Source of the DNA: Octopus vulgaris
Taxonomy: Eukaryota
NCBI GenBank assembly: GCA_951406725.2
Contig: OX597814.1
Span: 142,600,001-142,664,000, forward strand
Reading direction: 5' to 3'
DNA: 64,000 bases
Position numbers and translations under genes: made by a program. This document shows positions 1-14,248 of this stretch, one piece after another (within the stretch, counting starts at the first letter, position 1; each line of letters opens with the position of its first letter). The notes beneath the pieces are model-generated. The model had not been told where the DNA came from, did not search any database, and saw only the letters and a program-made list of their open reading frames with translations.

Positions 1-337
1 TCCCGAGATAGCGTCTCTGACAAACGTACAGTGTCTTTAAAAAATCACAGAAATATATTGCTACTTATATATTTCTGTATCTTTTAACACTGTACGTCTA
101 TAAGAGATGGTACCTCCGGACATATACCGCAGTTAATTCGGCTTTCAACGTTGGATCTACCTTAAGTATGATATGCAGAATGCTAATTTAAACTAATACT
201 GTTTCTGGCGCACATAAAGATTTTTTTTTCTGTTCTTATCGCATACTAGAATTCAAATTGTTTGTCTCTAATTTACATTATTTACATTTGACGGATATTT
301 GTCCGAGTTCGATTCCAGGCAGTGACCTGAATAATAA

Positions 338-422
<85 letters not shown>

Positions 423-614
423 TATATACATATATATATATAAACATATATATATATGCCATTATTATATAATATATATATATATAATTATTACTATCAG
501 GAACGGAGGTAAAAATTTCCGTATTGAACTCATTTGCTTTTGTATTTCATGTTGTTTACTGTTGGTGACGTCCTGTGCCCATATATGCATGTGCATATGT
601 GTGTGTGTGTGTGC

Positions 615-650
<36 letters not shown>

Positions 651-729
651 TTGTTTGTGTGTGTGTGTTATTTATATTATTATTTGATTGAACGCCACGT
701 ATCCATTTCCAAGTAAGTTTATCTTTATA

Positions 730-807
<78 letters not shown>

Positions 808-830
808 AAGAGAGAGAAATAGAGAGTGAG

Positions 831-882
<52 letters not shown>

Positions 883-949
883 GTGTGAGTGTGTGTGTGT
901 GTGTGTCCGAGCTTTAGTACGTATATGCATGTATATGTGAACAGCCATC

Positions 950-1345
950 TGTGTGTACGTATAGGCCGATTCTTAAAGGTCAGCTAAGAACAATTGCATG
1001 TGAAGCCAACTATGAAGAACAAATCAACAGTACAAAGAAATCAAATGTCAATCCCTTTAAGATGGCAACCACTTTAACAGTAGCAGAATCACGATCCCAT
1101 TACATCAACACATTCAAAGGAGTTTGCCGGCGGTCCTTCAGCAACAACACACCTTGTGACTACTCAGTGACTACTACTAAATTCAGAACACAACAAAGAG
1201 GATGCTTTTGAAACAGAGAATTCGAACTTATGGAGACAATATTTAGATATCGCCTGAGGAAACACAACCTAGACCTCATAATGCAAGGAAATGGTTCCCT
1301 ATTCGAGTACTTGAACGCCTGGAGAAGTACCTTGCGTAGAAACAA
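950..1345 (+). mobile_element. Possible very old CR1-like ORF2 C-terminal remnant
   Basis: Frameshifted RKWFPIRV/LNAWR resembles the CR1 motif RKxFFSxRVVNAWN. Confidence 0.35.
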
Positions 1346-2111
1346 TTGTAGCGATTGAAAATAAATGTCTAACCGTACTGTTTCTTGTTGACTCCAATTT
1401 TTTTCAATTATCTATTCGCACACGAGAGAAGCCTAAACGCAAACTTGAGAATAAGTATAATACTATTACTGGATAGTACAGGGTGAAATCTGAAGGTGTA
1501 TTCTACTACGTTTTTAACAGAATATACCATCACACACACACACATAAAAACACGTACACGCGCATGATCACATACACAAACATACAAACACATGCAGACA
1601 CGCATCATGTTTGGATGTGTGTATGGATCTTTTCAGTTTGTGTCAGATTTTTTGATTATCTTTTTTAAATAAACAGTTTAAAACTTCGTATACTGGTGTA
1701 ATTTCTCACGCTGAACACGGTTTACTTTCAACATTTTTTACAAAATTACGTATATATATTCAGCCCCAGAACTTTCTCGTAAGGATCAGAATGATAATGG
1801 GATAATGAAATATAAATGTGTGTGTTCGTATGTGTCTGTGTATGTGTGTGTTCTGTGCATGCCTGTGTATGCGTCTGCATTTGCGTGTGTATATATATAT
1901 ATATGTGTGTCTGTGCGCGCGCGCGTTCGTCTGAGTATGCACATGAGTGTCTGCATATTTGTAACTTATGATGTGTATCCGTATGTGTTTGTGTGCTTGT
2001 GTATGTGATTATGCGCGTCTATGTGTTTTTATGTGTGTTTGTGTGGTGTGTGTGTGTGTATGTGTATTTGTATGTGTCTGTGTGCGTTTGTGAATGTTTG
2101 GGTGTGTGTAT

Positions 2112-2563
2112 GGGTCTCTTCAGTTTGGCTCACAGATTTTAAAATTATTTTTTGTAACTAAACAGTTCGAAACTTCGTATACTGGTGTAATTTCTCACGC
2201 TGAACACGGTTTACTTTCAACATTTTTGACAAAATTTCGTATTTTAAAATTTATTTCGTGTTAAAGTTGTCGTATTTGGGTAATTTTAACCAATTACCCG
2301 AAATGACCCAGAAGTTGTTGCTCTTCGATTACTATCGTAAACAGCAGTACGTTTCTTCGGCTGAATACACGCCACTGATTGGTTAAAATTATCCAAATAC
2401 GACAACTTTAACACGAAATAACTTCTAAAATATGAAATGTTGCCAAAAAATATTGAAAGTAAACCGTGGTCAGCGTGAGAAATTACACCAGTATACGTAA
2501 GTTTCAAACTGTTTAGTTACAAAAAAGTAATTTTAAAATCTGTAAGCCAAAATGTGGAGATCC
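2112..2563. mobile_element. Palindromic MITE, Merlin-like (GG...CC ends, 8-bp TSD gtgtgtat)
   Basis: The two halves are reverse complements over ~190 bp; TSD at 2104-2111 and 2564-2571. A truncated left-arm copy lies at 1625-1752. Confidence 0.85.
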
Positions 2564-3078
2564 GTGTGTATGCATATGTGTGGTGTTATGTGCGTGCGTG
2601 CATGCGTATCAGAGACTTCTGTATGTTTTGTGAGACGTGGATTTAAAGCTGTAAACTTTATGACCAAGGCGTATACATAAACAATACGTATTTATAGAAG
2701 ACCAGCAGTTAGCCACACATTCAACGCTTTCTACTCCAAGCAACTAATGTTTTCCAAATGAAAAAAATAAAATGGTCAATACAGCTAAGCAATATTGCCG
2801 TCGCAGAGATGTCCGTCAGACTGCAATGAGATGGCAAAAATGCGGTGAGGTTTCTTGTTTGACGCTCTAACAACTAAGCCAATGCACTATCAGCTCGAAT
2901 AAATGAAGAATGAGCTTTGGAGGCATTGAAAGTGTCTGAGCGCAGATAAATATCGTAAGACGTTCCATTCCGCTAATATAAATGTATGTATGTATGTATG
3001 TATGTATGTATGTATGTATGTATGTATGTATGTATGTATGTATGTATGTATGTATGTATGTATGTATGTATGTGTTTC

Positions 3079-3145
<67 letters not shown>

Positions 3146-3690
3146 GAGTGAGAGAGCACTCAAAGTGACACTGGGGTAAAATATACGAAGTCCAATATAC
3201 CCATCATGACTACCCGTCTGATAAAGGTACACCAGGCACATGCATCACAACCATATGTGCGCGACATGGTGATCTCATATCAAGATAAACAGCACATGAC
3301 CTTGCAGGCGAGGCCCAGTTAGAATTTTCTTCAGGTTGAGTAGCCCATCCCGCTCAAAAGGTCCCTGAATAAGGGTTGTTTAAGGATGTTGAAAGAACCA
3401 CCCATGTTTCCAAAGGTGAATTATTCAAACCCCAAAGAATCCCTCTCAACGCATGGCTATGATGCTCCCCCACTACTTCTGCTCGTGATCAGAGATGCAC
3501 ATATCGTCAGCCACTAAGGGACATGCTCAACTGGTTAAGGTCAAACAACTGACAAGCAAATCTGTGGTATTGAGCAGAATATTTGCTGTAGCCCATCTTT
3601 TATACCAAGACAAAACAATGTACATGATAACACTTCCAATCAGTTAAGATCAGAAGCCATGAGAGCCACTGCCTGATACTGCATCAGGGC
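3146..3690. mobile_element. ~545-bp non-coding element embedded between two long (TAT)n tracts
   Basis: Mixed-composition block flanked on both sides by the same trinucleotide repeat; no ORF. Confidence 0.5.
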
Positions 3691-3827
<137 letters not shown>

Positions 3828-4199
3828 GTCGAGCGCTCAATTACCGTTGATATATATTTTTTGTTTTGTGTTAGTTGGATATGCATATGCTATACATAAA
3901 AACACACGCACACACATACACGCGCGTGTATGTGTTTATGTAAGTATGTGTATGTGTATATGCATATACATACAAAAATATACATAGACATACATATATA
4001 TGTGTGTATATATGTGTACATATATATATATATATGCGTACGTGTATGCATATACACGCACGTATATATTCATATACATATACATCTAGTACACGTAGTA
4101 TATGTATGTGTGTATGTGTACGTTTGTATGTATGCATGTATCTATACACATACACACACACGCTCACACATACACACGCATAGAACTTCCGTATAACTT

Positions 4200-4770
4200 G
4201 GAGAGACTACGTTAATGATGATGAAATCTTGGCGTAAGCAAATGATAAGTATAGATTCTCTCTTTCAACTTAACATACTGAGATGGACAGGTTGTATAAT
4301 TCGAAGGCGAAAAAATATTGGAGCAGGCCATCCACAAGCCGAAACGAGGAACCGATTGAGAAGGCTCGGTGTATAGTTATGGAAGACCGTCGTGAAACAA
4401 TCCAGGAAAGTGGGAACAAGCACGAGATCAGTATGTTCCCTTTTAATGGAGCATTTGTGCTTGCAGAGAGTGTCGGCGAAAAATTAGACAGGATACTTGA
4501 ACGTACTCCCTAATCCAACTTTCCTAGTCAAGAACAACATACCGCTTGTTAGACAGACTCCCTACTCACCCAACTTGGGAGAGAAAATTTTGAGAAAAGT
4601 GACTGCAGAGCTCCATAGCTTTCCAGAGGTGTTACTATAAGGCAGAACCACTGGGAGAAGTATGTGAACTACCAAGGGGAATATTTTGAAAGGGATTAAA
4701 TAAACTTTGTGAAATGTACAAAATTGTCTTTTTTATGCTCAGAGATCAAATAATTTTTGAACACACCTCG
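4200..4770 (+). mobile_element. Internally deleted mariner fossil (different subfamily)
   Basis: SRPSTSRNEE...MEDRRETIQE, QTPYSPNL and WEKYVNYQGEYFE* fragments. Right TIR ...tttgaacacacctcg followed by TA; left TIR not seen. Confidence 0.8.
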
Positions 4771-5848
4771 TAGATAACATTCATATGAAATTTGAAAAAT
4801 AATTTTAAGCGTTAAGGCTTCATGGAGAAAATATATAGTCAATGAAACCATACATTGCGAGGGAAATCACATTAAATACACACGATTGAAACGAGTCGAA
4901 AGGAAAGGAAATCTATTTCTTATATTATCGATAATCCCTTGAAATATTCGATTTGTAAGCGAATTTGTTTTTCTAAGGTTGTTCTTGTTCGCCGTTCAAG
5001 GGGTGGCTCAGCCAAAGCAACTAATGATGAATCTTCGTCACCTGAGAGAAAATATGTCTATCAATCCATGCTCTTAAGTCAATAGCAGAAGCAACGGAGA
5101 AGGGTTCCAATTGGATCTGGTTCAGCAGGAATAGAAGTGAACCTCAAAAGGCGTAATTTAGCCCGCAGTCAGCAGGTGTTTTAGACTGAACTGGACACAA
5201 CAACCAAGATACTTTGGATCTGGTACACTTTACATCATCCAGGAGGATTACAATACAGATAGTAGCATAGAATGTATTTGCAAAGGGATATACAAGAGTC
5301 ATGACCTAGATGCGGCCCAGCATGCGTGCGTATCTGAGACCTCTATATGTCTTGTGAGACATGGATCTGAAGCTGTAAACTTCATCACTAAGGTGCAAAC
5401 ATTCGGCGATATATATTTATATATTTATAAAAAAACTCAGCAGTTACTCATACAATGCTTTCTGCTCCATGCCACCAATGTTTTCCATAGAGAAAAACCC
5501 AACAGTCAATAGAACTACGCAATAGAACGATCAGTAGAACTACGCAGAGGTTTCCGTCAGACCGCAAACGTTTGCTTGATGGGAGCTTCTCTGATGAATA
5601 CATGCTGTTCAGCTCTCCCTAGAGTTTCATATTACCTGTCCTGTTATATTGATGGTCTTGAAGAGATACATTCCTTTCTGTACACAATACCAAAAAATCA
5701 TGGTTCTTGTATTGTATTTAATTGAGAATAACATTTATCTGATTAGTTGTGATTAAAGTAGCAGATCATTAGTCCGGGCTAAAAAGTCATCTTCACTTCG
5801 GAGCTCATTAACAAGCAATGGCCGGACTAATTATTGAACTAGCTTCCA

Positions 5849-5925
<77 letters not shown>

Positions 5926-6514
5926 TATACACACAGACTAACACACACACATATACACACACACTAACACACATACATATATACACAAACACTAACACAC
6001 ACAGATACATACAGATACACTCTCCTTCGCAATCGCTTATAGCATATGTATGTATATGTATGTGTATACTTATATATATATACATATGTGTATGTATTTA
6101 TATATGTGTGTATGTATATATATATGTGTGTGTGTATGTATATATATATATTTATATACATACATACATACATACATACATACATACATACATACATACA
6201 TACATACATGTGTGTGTGTATGTATATATATATATACATACATACATACATACATACATACATGTGTGTGTGTATGTATGTATATATACATACATGCATA
6301 CATATATGCATATGTATGTATGAATGTGTGTGTATATATGAGTGTGTATATATGTGTGCATATATGCATGTATATGCATGAGTGTATGCGTGTGTGTGTG
6401 CCAACATACAAACATGCATACACACATACATACACACACACACACACACATACATATATGCATTTTATACCCGCACACACATACACACAACTACATACAA
6501 AACACACACACATA

Positions 6515-6546
<32 letters not shown>

Positions 6547-7134
6547 TAGTTACACATAAACTCACATACACACAAGCCATCTCTCGAGTTGCTTATTTCT
6601 CTATTTCCCTACCATCTTTCATCACCTATATCTATCCCAACTGGTTGCTATGGTAATGATAGCAAGTAATCTCTTTCACTTCTCTCTTTCTTCCTCTCTT
6701 TCTCGCTTTCATTCCTTCTTTCTCTCTTTCTTTTGTACTTTCTTCCTTCGTGTGTATATCCATTTCTATTATTCATTCACATTTATTTCTACTTCCTTTG
6801 ATGTTTCCTTCGTGTCTATAGTTCTTTCTTTCTTTCTCCCTTTTCTTTCTCTCTTTTCTTTCATGTAATTATTTTTTTATTTTATTTTACTTTATTTTAT
6901 TTTCCTTCTTTTTAATATAATTTTCTTCATTTTATATTTTTTCTTTCTTTTCTCTTTTATACATTAGTCTTTCACCATTTCTTGTTATCTTCTGATTTAC
7001 CCATCCCCCTTCTATTCATTCCCAAAACTTTTATATGCATATTTACACATATATACATGCATGCATGCATGCATACATACATACATACATACATACATAC
7101 ATACATACATACATACATACATACATACATGCAT

Positions 7135-7168
<34 letters not shown>

Positions 7169-7270
7169 GGATGGAGAAAGAGCGCGATAGAGAGAGAGAT
7201 AGAGATAGGTAGACAGATAAAGAGAGAGAGAGAGAGAAAGGCAGACAGATGAGCAAACAGACAGACAGAC

Positions 7271-7349
<79 letters not shown>

Positions 7350-7424
7350 GATGTAGACAGATAAATAGAGAGATAGTGATAGGTAGACATAGATAGAGAA
7401 TGAGAGAAAGACAGACAAACAGAC

Positions 7425-7500
<76 letters not shown>
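5849..7500. repeat. Compound microsatellite and low-complexity block: (CA), (TACA), (GACA), (GATA), pyrimidine tract
   Basis: Directly visible; similar blocks occur throughout the window. Confidence 0.95.
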
Positions 7501-8949
7501 CTGCGTATAAATGTGTATATATCATTGGCGTTGCTAGAAGGGTAGCGGACAAAGAAATGACCGCTGCTCTTGAGCACAGATTTATTTGTTTTAAAGTGGT
7601 GCCTTTTCAACGAGTTTTTCTTTAATTCTTTAGTTCACTTGTGTGATAGAAGTCGAATCTCATTATTGTTATTTATTGCTTTTTTTATTGCGTGATCTTT
7701 GATGAACTTTCTGAACTCATTACTTTATTTGGCTAACCTCATCAGTGCTTTGAACTGTCTGCTAAATCTCATGTGATGCGTTGGTAGTCATTGACATCCG
7801 GGGTACCTAAACAAACCGTGACGTCATAACCTCCTCCGATTCGGGACGATCATCTTATGGAGTTTCATCTTTCTGATGTCACAAGCCACAACCCTAGTAA
7901 TTGTAAGCTATGTACATCATAGCACTCTTACTGAAACAGAAATTGATGAATATAGAATACAATTATGCATATGTGAAAGAAAAAAAGATCCGATTTTATT
8001 TTCTTGTATGTTTATCAAGTTGTTCGTTTTTCGCACTTTTTTGCGCTAGTTTATCCCATGTTTGGGAAAGGATGTCTGACATAAATGTCTAGATCACTGG
8101 CTAATCAGCAATTAGCAATAATACAACTTCATGAGATTTCATTATCCTATATAAACCGCTCTTAAATTAATCCAATAAATAAGGATATTAGAAATAACTT
8201 TCTCAAGAGAAAAGGTCTGTTGCCAGGGCACATACTGTCGTTCTTGGCTACGAAAATGCATCCCTTAACTATTTTGTCGCTCTCTCTCCCCCTTCTCTCT
8301 CTCTCTCTTCTCTCCCCCCTCTCTCTCTCTCCTTCTCTTCCCTCCCTCTTTTTCTTTCATTCTCTCATTTTCTTTCACTCTCTCTTTCGCTCGTTTCAAC
8401 TACACTCCAAGATAAACTTCAACAGATTGTGCTTTCATGCAAGATTCTATAGAAATTCTGTATAAGTAATCGAACGGTAAACAAGCAGTTCCTACGTCGG
8501 TTAACTGAGAGATTGTTCAAACAAAGAGTGAACGTTTACATTCCAGCATTAATGAACTTCGACATTCTACGTTTCGATAATAAAACAAACTTCCGCTGCT
8601 ATTTTTTTGCATTCTCATCGTATTTAAATATTTTCAGTTCTCTCCAAGGACTCTTCATATGTTCCTAACCTTTATAACAGTAATTTGACAGCTAGTACGA
8701 ATGATTTTATTGCTTCAATATGGAAGATATTTTCTTTTATTCAGAATTATTTTATCATGTTTTACACATACACCTTATATATATCTTCGTTCCTCTTACT
8801 TGTTAATATTAAATTATCGTTGCTGATAGAACTTCATTGTCCGGTTTAGTCTATCTTTCTCGAAATCTCACAAATATAGACATGCATTACTTAATATATT
8901 TCTCTATATCTTCTTCACATATTTATAGATGATTATATACAAATATGTA

Positions 8950-9385
8950 TGCATGGCTCAGTGGTTAGAATGCCGGACTCACAATTGAGATAATGAGTTC
9001 GATTCCCGGACCGGGTTGTGTGTTATGTTCTTGAGCAAGACACTTTATTTCACGTTGTTCCAGTTCACTCAGTTGTCGAAATGGGTTGCGACGAGTTCGA
9101 TTCTCGGACCGGGCTGTGTGTTATGTTTTTTAGCAAGACACTTTATTTTACGTTGCTCCAGTTCACTCAACTGTAGAAATGAATTGCGACATCACTGGTG
9201 CCAAGCTGTATCGGTCTTTGCCTTTCCCTTGTATAACATCGGTGGCGTGGAGAGGGGAAGCTGGTATGCACGGGCGACTACTGGTCTTCCATAGACAACC
9301 TTGCTCGGACTTGTTCCTCGGAGGGTAACTTTCTAGGTGCAGCCCCATGGTCATTCATGACCGATGGGATTCTTTACCCTTTTTT
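8950..9385 (+). mobile_element. SINE family C (tRNA head, CORE-like CTTGAGCAAG domain) with an internal duplication
   Basis: TGGCTCAGTGG and GAGTTCGATTC boxes; the B-box/core segment is repeated at ~8995 and ~9093. Related copies at 20255, 29267, 30510, 43735 and 61828. Confidence 0.85.
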
Positions 9386-10049
9386 ATTATTTATCTATCT
9401 ATCTATCTATCTATTTATCTATCTATTTATCTATATTTCTTTCTTTCTTTCTTCTTTCATACAACTTAGATATAGAATTTGGTAACCTACTGATATCTAC
9501 TCGACATTATAACTAATTAAATATTTCGCATACATTTGAGCAATTCATTTATTGTAATGGGAGCTTATTGTTAAACCAAGGATCATTGCTTCAAATGTAA
9601 TTATTGTAGTATATTCTCATCACATGGTAATATTATCATAGTTCCTTTATTTTTTATTTTTCCTGAGAAGAATCTAAATTAGAAAGAAGATGAAAAAAGT
9701 TGCAGATCGAAAAAAAGAATCGTTAAAATGTCAAGTATGGGAAGCCTGCTTTTCATTCAACAAGAGCACGGCATCTGCTGTGCCAGAGATGGAACTCTCC
9801 GAAGACATTCTACAAACCTAAATTCTATGAGATAGACAGACCGTTACTGTTAAGGGTGGAACTCGCGATAGACTTGCTAGACCTACTTTCAGCCTAGAAG
9901 CTGGTACCATCACCCTGCGTGCAGCGGCTGCACGTAGTGGAAAGAGAGACCCCCAGAATAACGTGATCCCTTCAGTAGACTACTACCCAGGAGACGAATA
10001 TGACAAAGTAAAACTTTGTGCGATTATTATTATCACATACATGGAATAT

Positions 10050-10534
10050 GCGGCAGGCTCATGTATGTTTTATGAAAAACCGAAGTAACAGATCTCGCAA
10101 TGCTTGTCTTGAGTCAGACCTTTAGCAGACGGGTCTTAATTTTTTCAAGTTTTCCGAAAGACGAAGCTGGATGTCATTTCAAGTAACAATGGGTAAGCAC
10201 TGGTCGATTCACTCATAAATGACAAATTCTATGCTTTGTTCTACATGTTGGGACAGATATTTGTAGTGATCCAAAAACTTGTTACAAGACTTTTGTTTAA
10301 GGTACACAAAGTAGAAAATAACATGAAAAATCGATTAGTTAACTGGTTAAATGTAAATTAATTGACTATCAATAATAAAAGAAGTGAAATAGAACCAATG
10401 CGTGTGTTTATTATTGACCAAATGACCCCCCCCCCCCCAAGATACAGTAAAATCTGTTTCAACACACAGGTTTAATTCAAGAATTTTGCAAACCAAATAC
10501 AAAAGCAAAATATGAAAAATGTAAAGCTCACAAA

Positions 10535-10587
<53 letters not shown>

Positions 10588-12900
10588 GCTGTTCAACGAC
10601 GGAAATCTTTGAGCTGGCATTGCAAATGTGGAAAGAAAAAAATAGAAGAAAGCAGAGTGATTCTAACCTGTATTAATGATGTAGTTCTCTCTTTGAGAAA
10701 ACAGAGATTGGCATTTCATGATCATCGCGAGTATAAATGTTTAGCTCCCTCAAGAACAAAAGAGGGTAAACATTTTAGAGCCTATTAAAATGTTTGCTAA
10801 AAATGATATAATAACTAATGTGCAATAAAAACTTTAAGAAACAGTTGTCAGCATTTATTGTTTTCCAGGGCCTTATGAAACTGTTTTGAAAATGGTTTTA
10901 AGTTAAAATAGTGTATTTTTTTGTAAAAGTGAAACTATCTTATTTGGGAAATGAAATACTTAAAGATATGCCATAATATACATCTGGAAGATCCTGAAAG
11001 GACTTGTCCCAAACTTTGACATCGACAATTACACAAATACTAGAACTGGGCGCCACTGCATAGTGCCATGTACTCCAAATTTGCCATCAAGATGTAGGAC
11101 AAGATACTGCAATAGCTCGGGCTTCAGAGGTCCACAGGTCTTCAATATCCTCCCGAAGGACCTGAGGGACCTGCATGGGGTGGATGTAGGTGTCTTCAAA
11201 ATAAAGCTGGGCCTCTTCCTGTCAGGTGTCCCAGATGAACCAACTTCACGGCAGGAGGTGCAGATGAGGGCAGCTGCATCAAACTCTCTCGTGCACCAAA
11301 TGTCAATTGCTAAAAAGCATTCGTGAAGTAAAATCATGTAGCAACACCAAACGGCGGTGCCCAAGCATGGCCACAGCTCGTGAGCTGAAACTAGATGAAA
11401 CGAAAAATGAAAAAGAGTGAATGTCTTCATAGAATAAAAATATAATGAATCTTGTAGAGGAGAGTGATGGGTAGATACTATAAAGCATCAATGTGTCAAT
11501 TAAGGTGAGTAAAGCATGGACTTTTAACCTTCCAAGTGTAAAATTTCAATAGAAAGGAGTTTGGGTAATTAACAGCAAATATACGAGACGCGTTCACTGT
11601 TGTACAAACTTATGACCTTCTTCATAACATCTACTGTGTCTTTGTTATGTGTCATGTATTGCGCAAATGATATTTATTGAGGTGTATGAAAAGAATGGTC
11701 AAAAGAAATTGTCATTGCGAACTGACTCATTTTTCCAAGTCAAACTATTTCGTGTGCAAATCATCGTTCTCGTATATTCCTAGAGGTATGAGATAGCAAA
11801 CATAAAAGAACTAACAGTAAATTGATACTAGGAGTTATAGCGAACTGAAAGACTACTGTAATTATATAAATGCAGAGCATTGGATTCAAAGTCCAATCTA
11901 AATTATAGGTGTTGGTATTGAAATTCATGAAAGTACGTTTGTCATACGTAACACAAGAACAGCGGGGATTATTTTATGAAGATACAGTGTGTCTTTGGAG
12001 TTCTTGAAGTTAGTTCTCAAAGGTGTTTTCTGACTGTAGTAGACAACAAGTATAAGCGATTTCTTACGTCCATACAACGCCATTAATCAAATAAGTTCTC
12101 AGCCTTTGACGTTTAATGAATCACTGAATTCTATTAATCCAGTTTCGTATGCAGCTATAAATGATGATGAATCGTTGTAAAATCCTGCCAAAACAGGAAA
12201 TAAATAAGACATTGGTACTCATCGCACACAAGTAGATTCTTATTTAATCGACTTTATTTGGCGTTGTCTTTCCTAATGATGGATTTCAACTGTTATTTGA
12301 AGATATTGCATTTATTTATCGTTGATAATAAATAATAATGGAAATCGTTTTATCGGCGGAACTCGAAGTGATTAAAACTATATATGATAGCAGTAGAATA
12401 TTGGCTTTTAAAAAAATCCTTGGATAGGAAAAAGATTGATCACTGCCTATCTCTCGAAGTTTCCAAAACAAATGAGTTAAAAATTAAAAGATTATAATGT
12501 AAATAAATAATGATGGATTTGAACAATTATTGAAAATGGAATAAAGAAAAAAAAACAAATGAAATGTTCACTTTACGCCCAGAAAATTGCTTTTACTTTT
12601 TGACCTGCAAAACACAATATTCCTCAGAGTAATTACTTTCACTTTTATGAGGTCCTGGGGAAAACAGAAGCGACTAGATTTCAACTTTAAAAAATTAAAC
12701 CAAATACCAAATTGACAACAAAAAACGTATTAGTTCTATAGTTTATACGAGGAGTGCCCTTCACGTCGAAGTAATTTTGAAGTAAAATGGAAAATGTAAA
12801 GTAAATGATGAAGTGAAGTGTACTTAGTTTCTTTTCATAAACTTCTCTTGCGGATTCAACGCAAATTATAACAGAAGAAACAAATAATAATAATTAGAAA
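10050..12900 (+). mobile_element. Highly degraded hAT transposase (Tip100/ZMYM1-like), interrupted by other repeats
   Basis: FPKDEAGCHF, a TTF-zinc-finger-like W..S...NSMLCSTC, and SRVILTCINDVVLSLRKQRLAFHDHRE...NILEPIKMFAKND at ~10150-10810. The right boundary is a guess. Confidence 0.6.
10973..11415 (+). mobile_element. CR1-like LINE 3' fragment with 3' tail
   Basis: RYAIIYIWKILKGLVPN...NSSGFRGPQVFNILPKDLR...VFKIKLGLFLSGVPDEP, then a structured tail. Confidence 0.8.
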
Positions 12901-13500
12901 TTACTAATTTTTCAGATAATTTACAAATTTAATAATTAGTAAAAATTCATTATTTTCAAATTATAAAGTCATTACAATTTATGATTTAAGATTTCAATGT
13001 GTGAAACCTGTTTCCAAGCTGATCACATATGACGAAAATTTAATTTTTCGTTTCATCGTTTCAGTTTCACTTTTTGTGTTTTCATTTTTACCGATTTACA
13101 TCGTCACGGCAGGGATTGCCATGACTTTAGTCTGTCATGGTCCCTTGGGTTCATAAAGCTGGAGTTCAACCCGGTTTCTATGGTATATAAGCGATTGAGA
13201 TTACAGCACACACACCCCAATACGCACTTCTGAACGGGACACTGGTCAGTCGTACGGTTAACTTCCTTACTATTGCTGGAACTCATTTACTGCTGAATGG
13301 ATTGGAGCCACGTGAAATGAAGTGGTTTTCTCATGAACGCAACACACTGCGTTCCCCCAGCATCCTTGTCGCTTATTTTGATTTTAATCACCTTACTTTG
13401 AAATTGTATGGATAATACCGTACTAAATTCTGGTGCCTCAACTTAAGTACCATACTCATCTGAATCTAAATTTTTGCTGAACTCATCTACCATACCCAAA

Positions 13501-13599
<99 letters not shown>

Positions 13600-14248
13600 C
13601 TCGATTTGAGGTTATGTTAACCTCATGAAGGGATAGTTTCATCCAAGGAAATATTGTTTCAATACCTAGTATATTAGAGAAATTAATCTCCTTAAAATAA
13701 TAGGTATAAAAAAAGTTGGAGGCGCAATGGCCCAGTGGTTAGGGTAGCGGACTCGCGGTTTCGATTCCCAGACCGAGCATTGTGTGTGTTTATCGAGCGA
13801 AAACACCTAAAGCTCCACGAGGCTCTCTCTTCCTGCTTCTTGAGTAACGCTGCGATGGACTGGCGTCCCGTCCAGCTGGGGTGGGGGGAACACAGAAACC
13901 GGGAAACCAGGCCCATGAGCCTGGCTAGGCTTGAAAAGGGAGCATAAAGAATATTTTTTTTAAATATAAAAGTATATAGTTTATATTCATAAAAGAAGAA
14001 AAAGAAAATGGAGATTGGGAAATTAATAATTGTTTATCATTAACAGCAAATTAATCATCATCAAACAGCTGTTTCAATTAATATTCAGTAAATATTAATT
14101 AGATATCAAATTCATATGACCTGAGCATAATATCTTCAAAGGGGAAAAGATATACCCTTGAATGTTTTATGTGGTTATGGATTCGGTCATATAAATTTAA
14201 TATTTACTTAATATTTAAGGGATGGTGATTAATTTGCAGTTATTAATA

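Noticed and set aside
7725-7750. CTGATGA on the minus strand (also at ~5592 on plus)
   Set aside because: No following stem II-GAAA or stem I pairing; not a hammerhead.
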